Shown here: in pieces, positions 29,701 to 41,436 of the stretch
Position numbering within the stretch: position 1 is the first letter of the stretch
How the letters are laid out: every line of letters begins with the position of its first letter
NCBI GenBank assembly: GCA_004764695.1
Contig: SMSO01000035.1
Coordinates: 1,612,001-1,676,000 of the forward strand
Length of the DNA stretch: 64,000 bases
Reading direction: 5' to 3'
Source of the DNA: Schizochytrium sp. TIO01
Taxonomy: Eukaryota; Protista; Bigyra: Labyrinthulomycetes
Notes under the pieces: model-generated
The model's database searches: none
Seen by the model: the letters and a program-made list of their open reading frames with translations, nothing else
What the model was told of the DNA's origin: nothing
Translations under genes and position numbers: made by a program

Positions 29701-30993
29701 GTTCGTGGTCGTTCCATGAGTTGTACCATTGTTTTGCTGCTGTCCAGAGTGGCCCATAAGAAAGGCAGGGAAGGGCGAAGCAGAGTTTGCTTGAAACTGC
29801 TGTGAAAAACTCTGTGGAAAGCCAGTGGATCCCTGTACTCCTCCAGAGGAGCTTGTATGATTTGCACCAGGTGTAGAGGATGAAGAAGACGAGGAAGGCG
29901 TTCCGTTGCCATTGCTAGTGCTGTGAGTATTGTTCCCCTGAGAGGCACTGAAGAATGTCCTCTGAAGAGTGCCAGACGCAGATGCCTGTGAGGCGTTGCC
30001 TTCGGAGGACTGGCGCTGTTGGCTCTGCAGGAAGTTGGGGTGCTGCATGCTGTGGAAGTTCATGGCATAGCTCGTGGGTGGCGCTGTAGTGTTTGGAGAG
30101 CTCGTCTGGTTGTTGGAGCTCGATGATGCGCCATTGCTAGTTATGTTGCTGGAGCCATTGGCGTTATTGGTAGAAGACGATGGAACGATGCTGCCATTCA
30201 AGTGGCCAGCAGAGCTAAGAAAATTACTGCTTGGCCCGGTAGAGGCCATGTTACTAATTCCCATGAGGTTATTGTGATTAGATGAAGTGCTGTTGTTGCC
30301 GCTGGAGCTGGTGCGGCTGTTGGAGACGCCGTGCGAGTTGTTGATGCCGTTGGCGGTCGCACTGGATGAGGTACCTCCGGCACGGTTGTTATTCGACGTC
30401 GAGGAGGAAGAGGATACTGCGTTAATGCCCGAAGTGGACGTGCTATTGTTGTTATTGCTATTGCTGCTCGTGTTGTTTGCTCCAGAGGCCGAGTTTGATG
30501 TTGGGGCCGATATTGCGTTGGCAAAACTCATTGCGCCTGTGAGTTTCTGTAGGTTGAACTGGGTTGGCCAGGCCTGCTGCTGTTGGTGCTGCATACCGTT
30601 CATGCTGCTCATTCCATTGAGCGCCGCTAAGTTCGCTGAGGAGGTATTAGTGCTCGGGCCTGTCGCTGAAGGCATGTGGTTCATGCTGCTGCTATTGAGG
30701 CTGGGCATTCCGGAACTGCTGGCGATGCCGCCGTTGCTGTTGCTGTTGTTGTTGTTATTGTTGTTGTTGTGGCTGTTGTTGGAGTTGCTGCCGCTGCTGT
30801 TGTTGTTGTTGTTGTTGTTGTTGTTGCTGCTGCTGCTGCTACTGTTGCTGCTGTTATTGTTACTGTTGCTGCTGCTGGCGATGGCACCGTTGCTATTGTT
30901 GTTATTCCACGCGAAAAGGTGCTGCATCTGTGCGGGCTGCATGTTCGTCGGCGGGCCCTGCATGTATCCCGGAAAAGAGAAGGGGAGTGACAT
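26776..30993 (-). CDS. AP2-domain transcription factor with very large Asn/Ser/Gln-rich low-complexity N-terminus (1405 aa)
   Basis: Single long ORF. AP2-like HPLVRWSHSEKRWQARVYRDCKSNKLGSFATQEEAAEAIRKYN (~27705-27837), putative NLS PLKKRAR, and poly-N, poly-S and Q/M-rich tracts. Confidence 0.85.
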   Translation of the reverse strand: MSLPFSFPGYMQGPPTNMQPAQMQHLFAWNNNNSNGAIASSSNSNNNSSNSSSSSSNNNNNNNNNSSGSNSNNSHNNNNNNNNSNSNGGIASSSGMPSLNSSSMNHMPSATGPSTNTSSANLAALNGMSSMNGMQHQQQQAWPTQFNLQKLTGAMSFANAISAPTSNSASGANNTSSNSNNNNSTSTSGINAVSSSSSTSNNNRAGGTSSSATANGINNSHGVSNSRTSSSGNNSTSSNHNNLMGISNMASTGPSSNFLSSAGHLNGSIVPSSSTNNANGSSNITSNGASSSSNNQTSSPNTTAPPTSYAMNFHSMQHPNFLQSQQRQSSEGNASQASASGTLQRTFFSASQGNNTHSTSNGNGTPSSSSSSSTPGANHTSSSGGVQGSTGFPQSFSQQFQANSASPFPAFLMGHSGQQQNNGTTHGTTTNNNSASSSTSALTQPLTMSNFTSVVNSSSSPTAPKMNGINSSSSSSSSSDANTSSTGINHHNITTNGSNPISNGPLSYALNTHSSTSSSNTTQNNGSNQNNINSASSSSVTPNANGTLTSNSNGNSMSSSQKNSGVSNTGGYLYGMPSAYNSTSNGNGSTSNGNSKASASNFDNSVGNSGSNNGSSAIASSSANINNSSNNNAGTNNESSKSGAYGASGVGSSLTTNSQSQQQQQPQTMNTNQYGQMMPQQYYMPHQQQQFQQFQPQQQQQQQYPQFQQMMMQQPRQMSQQQSGTSGNQQFQQQSQQQVQQPQQQSNTAGSSPSLSMPSPSQHPQQQQQIQQQMQAPQMMQQQQQPGMQMYPQMMQPQMINGQMYFPQMMQQQQQQQQMPQMMQYHQTPQGMQQQHMQWPQGAMMAHAQGQGPQQVAFTQNGMQIFLPQQQPLQMQNVLVNGKWEQRFVVPNPQGGRGTAFLPAGAAYFPNGAQHPQYMMHPQQQHNMYNMTNAHQNQQSQPPRIMVNGRWQVAPGYGNTSGSNAQTGATNANKASGSSNQTRSQGSSSPTPSTSAANKSRSKSNSPAKTSAKTLPAKQRKSSSSKSVSAASTRSHSSSQSKHKSSSRNKSPHPLVRWSHSEKRWQARVYRDCKSNKLGSFATQEEAAEAIRKYNQSLYETKMEKVVVDHIKDQNTASLARAQMARGEPAAAAEGRSLVDDADDDNFPVDSTSPQQPPVSSKDKSKAVNCGPSSASSGSAPKPSTSETPAVTKANGDCTSRKPSPPAANSKDPVRNGNKNNSPTSSSDKPERSRKVDTGKEANAMIESGRTSPNDQPAAGHSSATHTSDSVGQPNIKQSKPATTTPVEQVPLKKRARPSSDGPNRQNQNDAAGGNNSANDEPVSKRQNKSDSDGKADGSGESIADSASHMAAVQAGDKQLLFGGKTSKESEANKSKSSNDHANAFASVRGKSTAAERDETDEASP

Positions 30994-31518
30994 GCTGGCG
31001 TCGTGCGAAGCTCTGTGCGTTTGCCGCCTGCGTCCGAGCAGGTTCGCCGTTGAGTTTGTGGAGCGCAGCGACCTCTAGGCGCCCCGCGCGTCGCGCGTCT
31101 TCCGTGCCAGACCGAGTCGCGGGAGGGATCGACCAATTGCCGTATGCGGCGCTTCTCGCTGTTTGATGCTGTTGTTCTTAATATTCTTCTTCTTCTTCTT
31201 CTTCTTAATAAGTATTGTTTTTTCCTCTGTTTTTTCCTCTCCAACAGACAGACAGATAAAGAATCAAACAAACAAACAAACAAACAAACAAACAAACAAA
31301 CAAACAAACAAACAATAGTCAATCAAACAATGTGTCGGAGAAAACCTTTTTCTTTTTATTTTAGCCTTCAAAGAAAGAAGAATTTCCTCTTACTTGAAGA
31401 GAAAATCACAGCTTTCGCTTCTTTCTCTCCCCCAAAGAGACAAAGAAACAATCAAAGCAATCCTCGCTAAAAAGAAAAACAAAAAGAAAAACAAAAAGAA
31501 AAACAAGAAAAACACTCA

Positions 31519-31556
<38 letters not shown>

Positions 31557-34500
31557 ATCTATCTCACAGACCAAAGAGCAGAAAGAAGGAGACAAAGAGC
31601 GCAAAGAAGAAAAGCTAAAAGACAAACAAAGGCAGCGGAAGAAACACTTTGATCTATCTGAGGCCTCAATCAATCAATCAGTCAGTCAATCAAAAGAAAA
31701 AGGAAAGAAAGAAAGAAAAGAAAGAAAGAAAGAAAGGAGAAAAGAAAGAAGAAAAGAAAGACTCAATCAATAACAAGAACAAGCGCCTCCTTCTCTGCTT
31801 CTGTTCTGTCCTTCTCTCTCTCCCTCCCTCTGCTTGCTTGCCTGCCTGCCTGCCTGTTTCTCGACCTGCCTTCGCGAGCAATCCCGACCGCCGAGAAGCC
31901 TCAAAGGAGCGAGCAAGGACCGAAGAAGGCAAAGAAGGATGAAAGAAAGTAAGTCCAAAGAGAGCAGAGAAAAGGGAAACGGAGGAGAAACAGAAAGAGT
32001 CAATTGAATGAGACCAACCTCAAAGTCAGTCAGCCAGTCAGTCAGTCGCCTGCTCGCTCCGCCGGGGCAGGGCAGGGGGGAGCCAAGCACGGCCAGCAGG
32101 CTAGGGAGAGTGGCTCTGGGCTTCCCTGCCGCCGCACTCTCTCTCTCTCTCTCTCTGTCTCTCGCGCTCGCTTCTGCTCTTCGCCGCTTCACGTTTTGTT
32201 TGCAGGCGAAGAAAAATTGAATGAATTTTCCCTCCGCACCATTTCCCCGATCCCCGAGAGAGGTACGAGCTAGGACCCTCCAGTGGCGGGGAATCCAGCT
32301 TGCTCTACAAGGGGGTCATACTGAGAGTGTTTCCGACATCTTCGCCTGGCCTTTGCCATATTACGGAAGCCTGCATTCCGGAGGTGCCGGCACAAGATGC
32401 CCTCGCAATTGGCCCGAGAGGTGTTCGGATCGCACCCCTCCTCAGCAGAGGCACTCTTTGAGAGGGAGAGAGCACAAAGTTTTGCAACCCAGAGCTCAGT
32501 GGGGATCTCTGTCAACTTTGTGGAGGTAGACTGTGAAGAACATTCAAAGGGACACAACCACAATAACAGCAACAGCAACAACAGCAACAACAACAATAAC
32601 AGCACTAACAGCAACAACAACAACAATAATAACAGCAGCAGCATCCCCATCTTCAAGAACCCAAACAGAGCGAGAAAATTGACGGGATTGAAATGAAGCG
32701 GAGAAGAAGAAGCCGAAAGCGCAGCGCGAATGACGGAAAGCCGAGGGAACGAGGCCATCCGGCAGCTAGCTCATGAAGCGCGATCGACCAGCAAGGCCTC
32801 GCTCCCTTTGCAACAACAGAGAGATTCGTCATAATCGAATTATTTTATATACTTACTTATTTATTTAATTTTTATTTAAGAAATAATAATAAAGAGAAAA
32901 CAATTATTTTAATGAGCAGCAGAGTTTGTCTACTATCATCCACTTCCCCTCACAAGTCTACCTCAGTGGCGGCTCGCCCTCTCCTCACACTCTTTCTCTC
33001 TCCTCCTTTTGCCCTCTCCACTCTAACTGACTGCGCCCCTCACATCACGCATTAGAAGAAGTAGTAGCGGTGGAGGTAATATAGTTTTTATCTGCAGAGT
33101 GAGGCAGAGAAAGAGGGGAGAGAAAGAAAGAAAGCAATGATAAGAATCGTTCTCTCTTTCCCCCATCATTGTACTTTCTTCGGCGGAGAAAAGAGTGAGA
33201 AAGTCTTTGTGGTAAGGTGTTAGCAGTTCCAAGGACGCAAACCTATTGTTATTATTTTCACTTCTTAGGCCTCAGCGAAACAAAGTTAATTTTCCGATTG
33301 TTCAGCCTAAGTTACAGCTACAATGGCCGTAGCAAAAACTAAACATCGCTCGGCAAGCGAGCTGGTGAACGCATCTGTTTGCACTACGACCGACCCATCC
33401 TCAATCGTCCCGTAAACATGCTATCTGCCTGTCTGTGTACGTATAGCAGCACTTACTCAGGTACTGCTTTTTACCCTCCTAATATAAAAACTTATTTTCT
33501 TAATTGTATAAAAGGATACTTCATTTTTATTGTATTTTTCATTACAGATATATAACATTCTCTTCATTAAAATAAGAGTAAAAATATGTTGATCAAAAAA
33601 TAACATCGCCACGGTGACCCCTGCTTTTATAGACTAATTAATATCTCCGTACTGTTAATTTGTGGACTTTCCCATAAAGTACAATCAACGGCGGATAGAT
33701 AGGCCGACGGAGAGGCTGTTGGCTCGTGTTGGCTTCCTTCCTCCTCTCCTCCGCCCTTGCGCTCTTCCTCTTCGCCCTCAAGTATCCATTTCCTCGCCCT
33801 CCCTGTGTCTTTTTCCTTCTTTCTGTCTTTCTTTCTGCGCCAATCTCTTTTCTTCTCTGTCTGTTGTTCGTTCGATCCTTTGTCTCTTCGTCTCTCTGCT
33901 CCTTCCTTTGCTCCTTTCTTTTAGCACACGCCTGCTTTCTCACTCCCTGACCTCAATACGCGCCTTTCTTTTGCCTTTCCTCGTCTACACCGCCCTTTCT
34001 ACTTGCTTCGCCTACTAGCCGAAGAGGTCCTCCTCTCTATTATCTGCAGAAGAGACTGGCAAAATAGAAATGCTGCCTTCCTTCGCTCCTTCTGTGAATT
34101 TATTTGTGTTGCCCTCCTTCCCTCTCAACACACTGCCTAGCCCCCACTTATCTCCTCCACCCCGGTTATTTGCAATTTTAACTCGACTAACCATTACTAT
34201 TTTACTCTATCAATATAATAATTATAAATAAACAAATAAAGTAATGAACAAAGAGCCATATAAAGAACTCTAAAGCCCTCCTTTTCCCCCTTCTCTCCCG
34301 GAGTAGAAGGCAGATAGGCACCTGCTTGCCCTAAGCAGCGTTAGGGGCCGCTCTGCGAGCCCCCTGCTAGGATCCCTAGGTGCCCCCTACCGCATCTCCA
34401 AAACGGCGGTCTCTTGGTTGTTCAACGCTTGAGTCATGTGTAGCTTATAAGCAGAGTACAAGAACGAGCGCTGATTCGCGAGGCGCGCTGCGACAAGGAA

Positions 34501-34674
34501 AAGAAAGCCCTGTCCAGCGGAGGGGAGGTCTTGTCTTCTTCCATCCCTCCTCGCTTGCTTGCTTGATCGCTTGATCGCTTGCTCGCTTGCTGCTCCTTCT
34601 CGAACCTCATGGATGCGCCGGCTCGCTCTCTCCTTCGCTTCCCTCTCTCCTCTTGCGAAGCCGTCTGCTGTCGG

Positions 34675-34872
34675 CTTTCTCTCTCTTTCTTTCTGTTTCT
34701 TTCTCTCTCTTCTCTTTCTTCTTTCTCTCTTTCGCTTTTTCTTTCTTCCGCTTTCTTTCTTTCTTTTCTTCTTTCTTTCTTCTTTCTTTCTTTCCCTTTC
34801 TTCTTTCTTTCTTTCTTCTTTTTCCTTCTCTTTCTTTCTTTCTTTCTTTTTCTTTCTTTCTTTCTTTCTTTG
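34675..34872. repeat. ~200-bp nearly pure polypyrimidine (CT/CTTT) tract
   Basis: Direct read: almost only C and T on the plus strand. Confidence 0.9.
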
Positions 34873-35329
34873 CATTGGACGTTTTTGAGTGAAACAATGA
34901 AACAATCAATCCATGAAACACAATCAATGAAATAATCAATCAATCAAACAATGAACCCATAGCGCGGAAGGAGGTCGATAGATGGAGGAGAACGTGTGAG
35001 TGAAGAAGACAGCTGCTACAGAGAGCTGACCTCCTCTTGACTGCCGAGAGAGAAGAAAGCGAGAAAGCGAGAAAGCGAGAAGCAGCGATGACCCTTTCGC
35101 ACGCACGCGTACGCATCGCTTCGAGAGCTCAAGGCGGAGCAGGCAGCGATGCAGATGAAGGATGTCTCCCTCCACACGCTCCGCAGCTGCCGAGACCTCC
35201 CCACTGATCATGGTGAATGACCTCTCTCTCGCCTAGCACGCCTTAGTCTCCATAGTACGCACTCACTCGCATGATCCATCCATCAATCATTCCACCAATA
35301 AAAGTCAATGACAATGGAACGATGAGAAA

Positions 35330-35367
<38 letters not shown>

Positions 35368-37568
35368 TGAAGCAGTCCTACTGAGTCTTCGAGCCTACCG
35401 TAGCAGTCACTCAGGGACAACTAGAGCTCGGATCAATGGAAAGGTCCTCTCTAGTTGTAGGCATCTAACAGGTCATTGTGGTCTTTTCCCTTATCGTATA
35501 TCTAGGTTAGGCTATTGTGCCAACCTTTACCACGCCAGAATGAAGGAACTCTGCTACTGCTGCGATACAGAAGAATAGTTTTTCATTTCAAGTTGTTCAT
35601 TATTTTTATATGTACAACAAAAGGGCAAAATACCATGGCTGGAAGGATGAATCCGTCGTCAAACGCTTGTTTCTGCTTCTGCTGCTGCTGATGCTGAAGA
35701 AGAAGAAGAAGATGATGATGATGATGATGATAACAACGCGTTCTTCATTCATTCGTTATGCGGAAACTCACTTTACCAACCGATTCCGTGCTTCTATGGT
35801 ATTCGTGGCCGTTTGCAGAAGCAGCAGCAGCAACACCCCAAGTACGGTTCTTTTAATTCCATAATATTTATAAATTTATTTGTTAATCGTTGGTAAAAAC
35901 GTTCTTGATGTAAGAATTGAAAGAAAGAAAGAAATAACTTGTGAATGCTAAGAAACAAAAAGTAAACTATTTTCCTATGATCTAAAATTTGTTTTTAATT
36001 TAGAATTGATAATTATTAGAGAAGAAAAAACAGAAAAAGAATGAAATGGCAAATGGCTTTGCTTCTACTTTGCTTTGCTTAGCTTTGCTCTAAGCGCTGC
36101 ATGCATCTTCAAGTCCCGGCTTATCGATTAGCCCAGAAGCTGCACTTCTCCGTCATACAGCTTCGAGTTCTTCTCTGCAGCATAGAAGCATTTCTAGATT
36201 TCCTAGCTAGACACCTACCTGGTAGCAGGTACTAGCCCTCTTTCCCCTTTCCATCTCAACTGGTTATTCACAACAGCAGCTCAAATTAGCACAGCAGGTG
36301 TAGTAATAGTGGTTCTAACATTATTCTTTATTACCTTATAAGCCATCAGTACCGTGGTAGATAAATGTTTGTAGAATCGCTCGACTGATTCCTCGCACGC
36401 ACGAAGGAGAGGAAGCTGCCCTTCTTTTCCCTTGCAAGCTGCTTACTTACTTTGCGGTCCCTTCGGTGTTCTGGAACCTCGCTCTGCTCTGTTAACCTAC
36501 CCCGCCGCTCTGACTGTTTTCGAGATCAGTGGATCGATCCTAAGTTTTGCAGTTTGTTTGTCTCATCTCAGCAGAGCCCACTTCGAGGCGGGAGAAATAA
36601 TCAATAAATAGCAGAAGTAAGAGCTAGCTAGCCCTTTTCCTCTTCCCTGAGTGATAAATAATATTCCTTCTGTTTCTGTTACGGAGAAACGAGCGCTTGA
36701 TTTTGTTTATTTTTATTTTTAAATTTTAAAATTAAAATTAAAATTTAATTAAAACACTAAACCATCGTTTTTTTTTTAAGTTCAATCATGCATGCATGTA
36801 TAACAGACAGCACACCATTGAATCATGGAATACAAAATTATAAGAATAATATAAGCCATAAGGAGTGTTTCTTTTGGAGACTAGAAACAGCTTTCACTTC
36901 CTGGGGGTCCATATAAGGTTTCCACCAGGCCTTGCCCATCATTTGCCTCCGCTACGCCAACTTACTCACCTCACTAACCCCATTACCTTCCCTTGCCTTC
37001 TTTGGAGCCCTTACATACTCACTAAGTTGCTGCTGCTCTGTGCTTCTTTCTTCTCTGCAGTAAAGCTTACAACGAAACTTTCAGACTCCTCCTCTCCAGA
37101 GGAATCGACTTCGCCGTTCGAGGCGAGACCTGACCAGCCAAGGATGGCTCCATCCGTCCATCAGACAAACAAGCAATACACCAGTCCACCAACAGATCGA
37201 GCACGAAGGTATGTCTGTATCTGCGTATGCAGAGACGGCCTATAACACCTCTCCTCTCCTTTTTGTTATGTATACATTTTTCCCGGCCTCAGAAGAAGTC
37301 TCTCATTGTGTAGGTGTGTACTTGCTTAGGCAGCTTCGGCAAAAGGAAGCCTTGTAGCTCCCCTACTGAGCCGGTAGACTTCTATACTTCCTGCGCTCAG
37401 TCCTCAGCTGACACTTCGCGCGTTTATGTCCCCCTAAAAGTCGAAGGTAAGCGGGGATGGAAGTGTGTGCAGAAATATTCAAAGGTGGCTGTGGGGATAA
37501 AACTCCCACAGCCGCGCTTTCATGCAGTCCTGTTTTGTCATCGCTTTGGACTGTTGGTACTGCCCTCC

Positions 37569-37806
<238 letters not shown>

Positions 37807-39653
37807 CCACTTCTGCTGTCCTCTGTGGTCTTCCTCTTCTCTCGTGGGTGGCATATGGATGTGTCCTCTCTCTACCCTGCTCTCTCAACCAGACAGGTGT
37901 CTTCTCGAAAGGGAATGATCGGCTCGAGCTGTCTGTTACACCTCAAGAGAGTCCTACGATCGTGCCTGCCCAGCCTCGGCTCTATCATGTGTGGCCTTTG
38001 CCAACTCCCAATTTGTTTGTATGTATGCGCGTCGGTAGCTTTCTCTTCTTCTTTCTTTTTTCCCGCTTTTCCCCTTTCCTCCTTACTTTGCATTCCACAA
38101 AAACAACCAACGAACGAACAAACGAACGAGAAGAGACCTGTCTAATGATGACTGGCAGTCTGTCTGTCTGTCCGTCTGTCCGTCTGTCTGTCTTTGTCTT
38201 TGTTTTCGTCTTTGTGTTGGGAGATCCTCGAGATGCTTGGATTGGACAAGCTGGCTGGCTGGCTGCCTTGTGGCGCCTTGGGATGAGATGCGTCGCCCGT
38301 TCCTCCCCCTGACCTGTCAGAGAAAGCTGCCTCCATAGAAAGGGCCCCTGAACTCAGTATTTCTACTTCTCTCTCCATTCTCCTTCTCTTCTCAGGCTGC
38401 ATATAGTAACTAACTAGTTGGCCATCATTTCTTTTATTTTAATTTTGTTTTCTCTTTTAATTTTACAAATAAAATAAAAGACAAATACAAATAAACAAAA
38501 ATCGCGAGGCGAGAGAAGTAGTATGAATCGACGAATAGAGAGAATGAGTGAGTTCTCCGTTTGATCGCTGAGTCGTTGCAGCTGTGAATCGGCGAGTAGG
38601 CAGTGGCTTCCTTTGATTCGCGCAAGGAGGGGTTGCGTTTTCCACGCAGGGAGAGGCTTATTTTCCCGTCGAGGCTGGTCTAAGCGCCTTCAGGCGCCTG
38701 CTTGATTGCCTGCTTGCTTTCTTGCTTTCTTTCTGAGGGGAAGCATTATTCCCGCCCACAGCCCTCAGCCACCCCTCACACTCCATCGCAAAAACCGCCC
38801 TTACGCTGCTGCTTCGCGATTCAAACTGCCTAGCTCTCCAAGGCGGGCTGGCTGGCTGGCTCTCCCACTTTCTTTCCCTTCCACCGTACGTGTGTATCAG
38901 AAGAGGCGAGCTCCTCTTTCATCGCTTTGTTTGTCCTCCCACAATTCGCGCTCCTTTCTCTTTCGAGTTTTCCCTTTCCCCCCCTTGTTTTCGCTTATAC
39001 TACCAGGAGTAGTAGCAATAGTAGCAGCAGCAGAGATAATAGGAGGGAGCACGAGCTTCCTCGTACTAGTAGTAGCAAGGCTGCCTGCTTGCTTGCTTGC
39101 TTGCTTGCTTCCTTCGACGATTTACATCTCTCTATCTTATGTCTACTGCAGCGCTTTGCTTCTTTCGTTCCTTTTTCTTTCTTTCTCTGCTTCTTTCCTC
39201 TCCTCCTCTGAAGGAGTTCTGCAGAACAGAACGAAGGCAGAGAAGGCAACAAAGAAAGAGCTGCAGCAAGGAAGAAAGGAGCGATAATCGCACTGCTGCT
39301 GCTACTGAGACGGAGCCTTCGGAGTCCAAATGGACTTATGGCAACCTTTCCCGACGCCAGCGAGGAAAGGCGGCGAGGGGTGGGTGGTGGGCGCCATCGA
39401 TTGATTGATTGATTGATTGCCAAAAGCGCGGCTCTGTGGGCCTGCGCTGCTTCCACCGCTCGCGCTGCGAATGTTTGGCGGTGTCTGAAAGAAAGGAATC
39501 GAAAGAAAGAAGAAGAAGTTCATCATCGCTAAAGTCATCCTCCACTTCTCAGGCAGTGCCATATATTCTTATTCTGCGGCAGTTTAGTGCTCCAGATGGC
39601 TTAGTTTTAGTTTTATTTACTCCGGGTAATCCACCTGTGTGTCTGTATACATA

Positions 39654-39750
39654 TATACAAATATACATATATACAAATATACAAATATACAAATATACAA
39701 ATATACAAATATACGAATATACAAATATACAAATACACAAATATAAATAT
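39654..39750. repeat. Degenerate 8-bp tandem repeat (ACAAATAT)n
   Basis: Direct read. Confidence 0.85.
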
Positions 39751-40805
39751 GTATATACATACATGCAAACGAGGCGGCTGCTATATTTTGTATTAAAAAT
39801 GGTATGTTTGTATTCTCGGGGAAAGGAAGGAAATCGTCAATCCTCAGGCCTCTCTCTGGCTGGCTAAAAGGGCGTCTGAGGGGGGATGGATTCAAAGGCA
39901 GAGCTTTCTCGACGAGAGAGTTAGTGGTTGGGCTGAGATGTGCAGGTGATGATGCCGCTCTCATCGGCAGCGGTGAATGAACTTGGTGCGAACGGGAAGC
40001 TCCCACTGCTGCTTCCTCTGGGCCAACGAAACCAACGAAACAAATGACACAAAGTGCAGGCTTCTCTTTCTTTGCCAGGCGGCATGAGCAGGGAAACTTC
40101 GAGGGAGAAAACAAACATTACATTTAAGTCTTGTCTAGAAACATTTTTATCTTTTTTCATGTGATCTCCTTTCAAGCCTTTTTGGAAATCTATTCTTCAT
40201 TTTACCTTTCAAGGATAAAACGCAAAATGAAAATGAATGAAAAGCGCTGTTCGCTCCTGCGCAGCAACGAGAGTGCTCCTTTCATTTGATTCATAGATGG
40301 TTTCTCCGTAAGCGAATTGAAGCTGACAGATAGATAGATAGATACCTACCTTCAACAACCCAGAAGTTTCAGATTCTATCCATCTATCTGTCTGTCCATT
40401 TGACCTCTCTCCCCGTGAGAGTCTCAGCCGAAGAACTGAGGCTCCATAGGCGGTGCAGCAAGCGAGAGTAGTTCTTTCTTCATGTGTAGTTTGCTGCCTT
40501 CTCATCCTCAGGCCGATTCGCCCAGGCCTCGAGGCTGTGCTCACAGTGCTCGCAGAGCACGCACCCGAGGCCAGTGAGCCCTTCTCTTCTACGCTAGCTT
40601 CGACTGGAGGGCCAGGAAGCGCACTCGCTCGCCTCAGCAGAGTTCAGGCCGCACCCAATCCGAAGTTCTTGTGTGACAAAGACCGCTCTCTCTCCCACAC
40701 AGGGAAAAAAAAGGGGGAAAAAAGGGGGAAAAGAGAGAGAAGAGGAGGGCAAAATAAACTTATAACCGCACGAACAGCACTCACTCACTCACACACTCAC
40801 TCACA

Positions 40806-40844
<39 letters not shown>

Positions 40845-41012
40845 CTGGTTGGCTAGCTAGCAAAGAATGAGGGAGCTGTAGCTAGCCCTGCTACGGAGAT
40901 TCCGGCAGAGGCCTGGCTAGGAGGCCTCCCAGCATACTGGTAGGAAGCCAAGAGGAAGGCCCGGGCAGCCTTCGGAAGTTGATCCGAGAAAACAGGGAAG
41001 AAAAGGGAAAAA

Positions 41013-41051
<39 letters not shown>

Positions 41052-41393
41052 GAAGAAGGGAAGGAAAAAAGCGTTTGAAGTCCTTACCACAACCTTCCCC
41101 CACAGAAAAAATTCTCCGCAGCTGTTTCGTAGAATAGAAAGCTCTGGGGAGCGACGCGGCCGCGTGACCGGAATGAAGCGAAAATACACAAAATGCAGTT
41201 CTCACACTAGTGCCAGCTCCAGACTGTAGAAGTAAGATAGTAGAAGAAGCCGCTGCTCCTTGCGAGGCTATTTAGAGTTATATTAATAATTTTCAACTTT
41301 TTGTTTTAGAATTCGGATTTGAGTAATAATGATAATGAGACAAAGAAGAAAAAGAAAGAAAAAGAAAGAAAATGAAAGAAAAAAAAGAAGAAG

Positions 41394-41436
41394 AAAATGA
41401 AAATGAAAATGAAAATGAAAATGAAAATGAAAATGA
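41394..41436. repeat. (GAAAAT)n hexanucleotide repeat
   Basis: Direct read, about 7 units. Confidence 0.85.

Noticed and set aside
27196-31322. Many plus-strand and alternate-frame ORFs overlapping the AP2 gene (poly-Leu/Val/Thr)
   Set aside because: Shadow ORFs of trinucleotide-repeat coding sequence.
33638-35211. Lys/Glu/Arg-rich and Phe/Leu/Ser-rich ORFs
   Set aside because: Translations of polypurine/polypyrimidine tracts.
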